From Salpingoeca rosetta (Eukaryota; Protista; Choanoflagellata): DNA of 64,000 nucleotides. Under the pieces are notes generated by a model that saw only the letters and a list, made by a program, of their open reading frames with translations, ran no database searches and was not told the origin of the DNA. Shown piece by piece: positions 62,400 through 64,000 of the stretch (positions are counted from its first letter, which is position 1; each line of letters begins with the position of its first letter). Position numbers and translations under genes: made by a program. The stretch lies in assembly GCA_033442325.1 (NCBI GenBank), contig JAWQFM010000008.1:186001-250000 (forward strand), read 5' to 3'.

Positions 62400-63683
62400 T
62401 GTGTAAGTGTGTGTGTGTGGGGGGGGGGAGAAGTGGGAGAGGGGGAGAGAGGAACAGAGGAGATATTGAGATGGGGAGAGAGGAACAGAGGAGAGAGAGA
62501 GAGTGTGTGTGTGTGTGTGAAGACAAAACGCAAGTTAAGGTACAACGAATAAGGCGATGCCACATGGTGTGCTGATGCGATGGTGAAAATTGCTTCACAC
62601 ACCTTGTCGCTGCACGCATTCCGCAATTGTGTTGAGAAGGAAGTTGAGCAGTTCCTGTGCATCTTGCTGCATGTTGGACCGAAACAGCTCTGATACCAAA
62701 GTACCAAAGCACAGGGGAAGTCAGAGTCGTGTCACGGACACCACGACGGATTGCGTCAACCGAAACGAACGTGTGCACACGTGCGCACACATGCACCCAT
62801 GTACCCACTTGTATGTACACATGCACACGCAAACACACGCAAACACACACAAACACGTGCACCCGTGCGCACACACATGCATGCGCACCGTTCTCTGCCT
62901 TGAGTTGCTGGTAAAACCGCTTTGGTGATATGGTGCCGGTCTTCTTCTTTCCGTGCGCAATGCTGTGGAAGAGGGCCGCCAGCTCAGATAGCAGCCGGCT
63001 GCCGTCCTTGCCTCCATCATCCGCAGTGAACCCACTGTCCCTGTTGTGACGCAGGCGGCACAGGAATTACAGCGGCAAGTACATGCAGGGGTATGGGTGT
63101 GAGGTTGGTTGTGCATCATGTGGTGCTGCAGTTGCAAACCCCTGCATGCTGACCAATGGGCTCTCACAGCAGATGCAACCATTCGCATCCCATTCCTCAC
63201 ATACACACACACACACACATACACATACACACACACATACACATACACACACACACACAAACAAAATGCCACGGCCACCCTCGATGATGACTTTACCTGT
63301 ACTGGAGTACATGATGTCTAAAGGGCTTGCAGAAGTAGAGTGCTTGCAACACGGAGTTGCAGTAGCATGTGTTTCCAAACTACCCCAAATGACCAAGGAG
63401 AGAACACAGGTGAGTCACAAGAACCAGCCAAGTGTCCACAAAACGACAAGCAAATGCAGCCACTTCTCTCACCCCATACTGCGGTTGCCTCTCTTCCCTC
63501 TCTCCCAAACTCTCTGTTCCGATTGCTCCAACGCCCAGCGATCACCACGACTATCACCAGGACCACGACTTGTCAATCAACGGCTTCTTGCAAACCACCA
63601 GCACGCACATTCACAAGGCCAAGCAGCCGTTCCTCGCCGCTTAGCAGCAAGCGCGATCGCTCCTTGGAGTGAGGCAGTCCCAT
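59616..63683 (-). CDS. Ubiquitin-specific protease USP12/USP46 family
   Basis: GLVN|[21 protein letters not shown] (Cys box), [81 protein letters not shown] (His box), FDDD, AYILFY. The last exon ends at 59616, or there is a read-through stop at 59941. Confidence 0.93.
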
Positions 63684-64000
63684 TGCGTGGCTACCACCAT
63701 GCACACGGAGGCGAGAACAGGCGACTCCTGCTTGGAGGGGGATGGGAATGAGTGGGGGGCCCCGGGTATGTGCGTGTGTCAGGCGTGGACGGGTGGATAC
63801 GTGGAGGGTGTGTGGAGGGGTGGAGAGCGAGGACAGCAGTGTGTGTGTTCTCAGCCAACGGCTTTGTTGTTTTTGTTTGTGCGCCGCCTTTGCTGTTTGC
63901 ACATTTCTATATGTCGCTGTCGTCGGTCGGTCATGATGGATGATGATGGTGGCGTGGTGGGGCGTGAGAGCGTTCACGGTGACGAGCGAGGTGAAGATGG

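Overview
This is eukaryotic, intron-rich DNA with CA/GT microsatellites in most introns and four 100-N scaffold gaps. The style is that of a choanoflagellate such as Salpingoeca rosetta (inference, not a database match). Most entries in the six-frame ORF track are microsatellite artefacts. Splicing GT-AG exons by hand gives about 15 genes: an ankyrin-repeat protein (cut by the window edge), a mucin-like type I membrane protein, a short TLC/ceramide-synthase-like membrane protein, a signal-peptide-bearing N-acetylneuraminate-lyase/DHDPS-family aldolase, mitochondrial transcription factor B, ATG8 (three apparent 1-nt indels), SLC38A9, a TIR-SH2-TM-LRR receptor, a DCX-DCX-DUF924 fusion, an FGD-type RhoGEF, PLPBP/YggS, an EEA1-like tether, a SOL/calpain-15-like protease, an HpcH/HpaI aldolase and USP12/46. 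The standout is 21953-25079. It can be spliced in frame into an inverted (type II) Toll-like receptor with an N-terminal cytoplasmic TIR, a degenerate SH2, a tyrosine motif, a single TM helix and about 18 extracellular LRR/L-domain-like repeats. An alternative acceptor would yield a TIR-only isoform. Domain calls come from motif recognition by eye and need HMM or structure confirmation.
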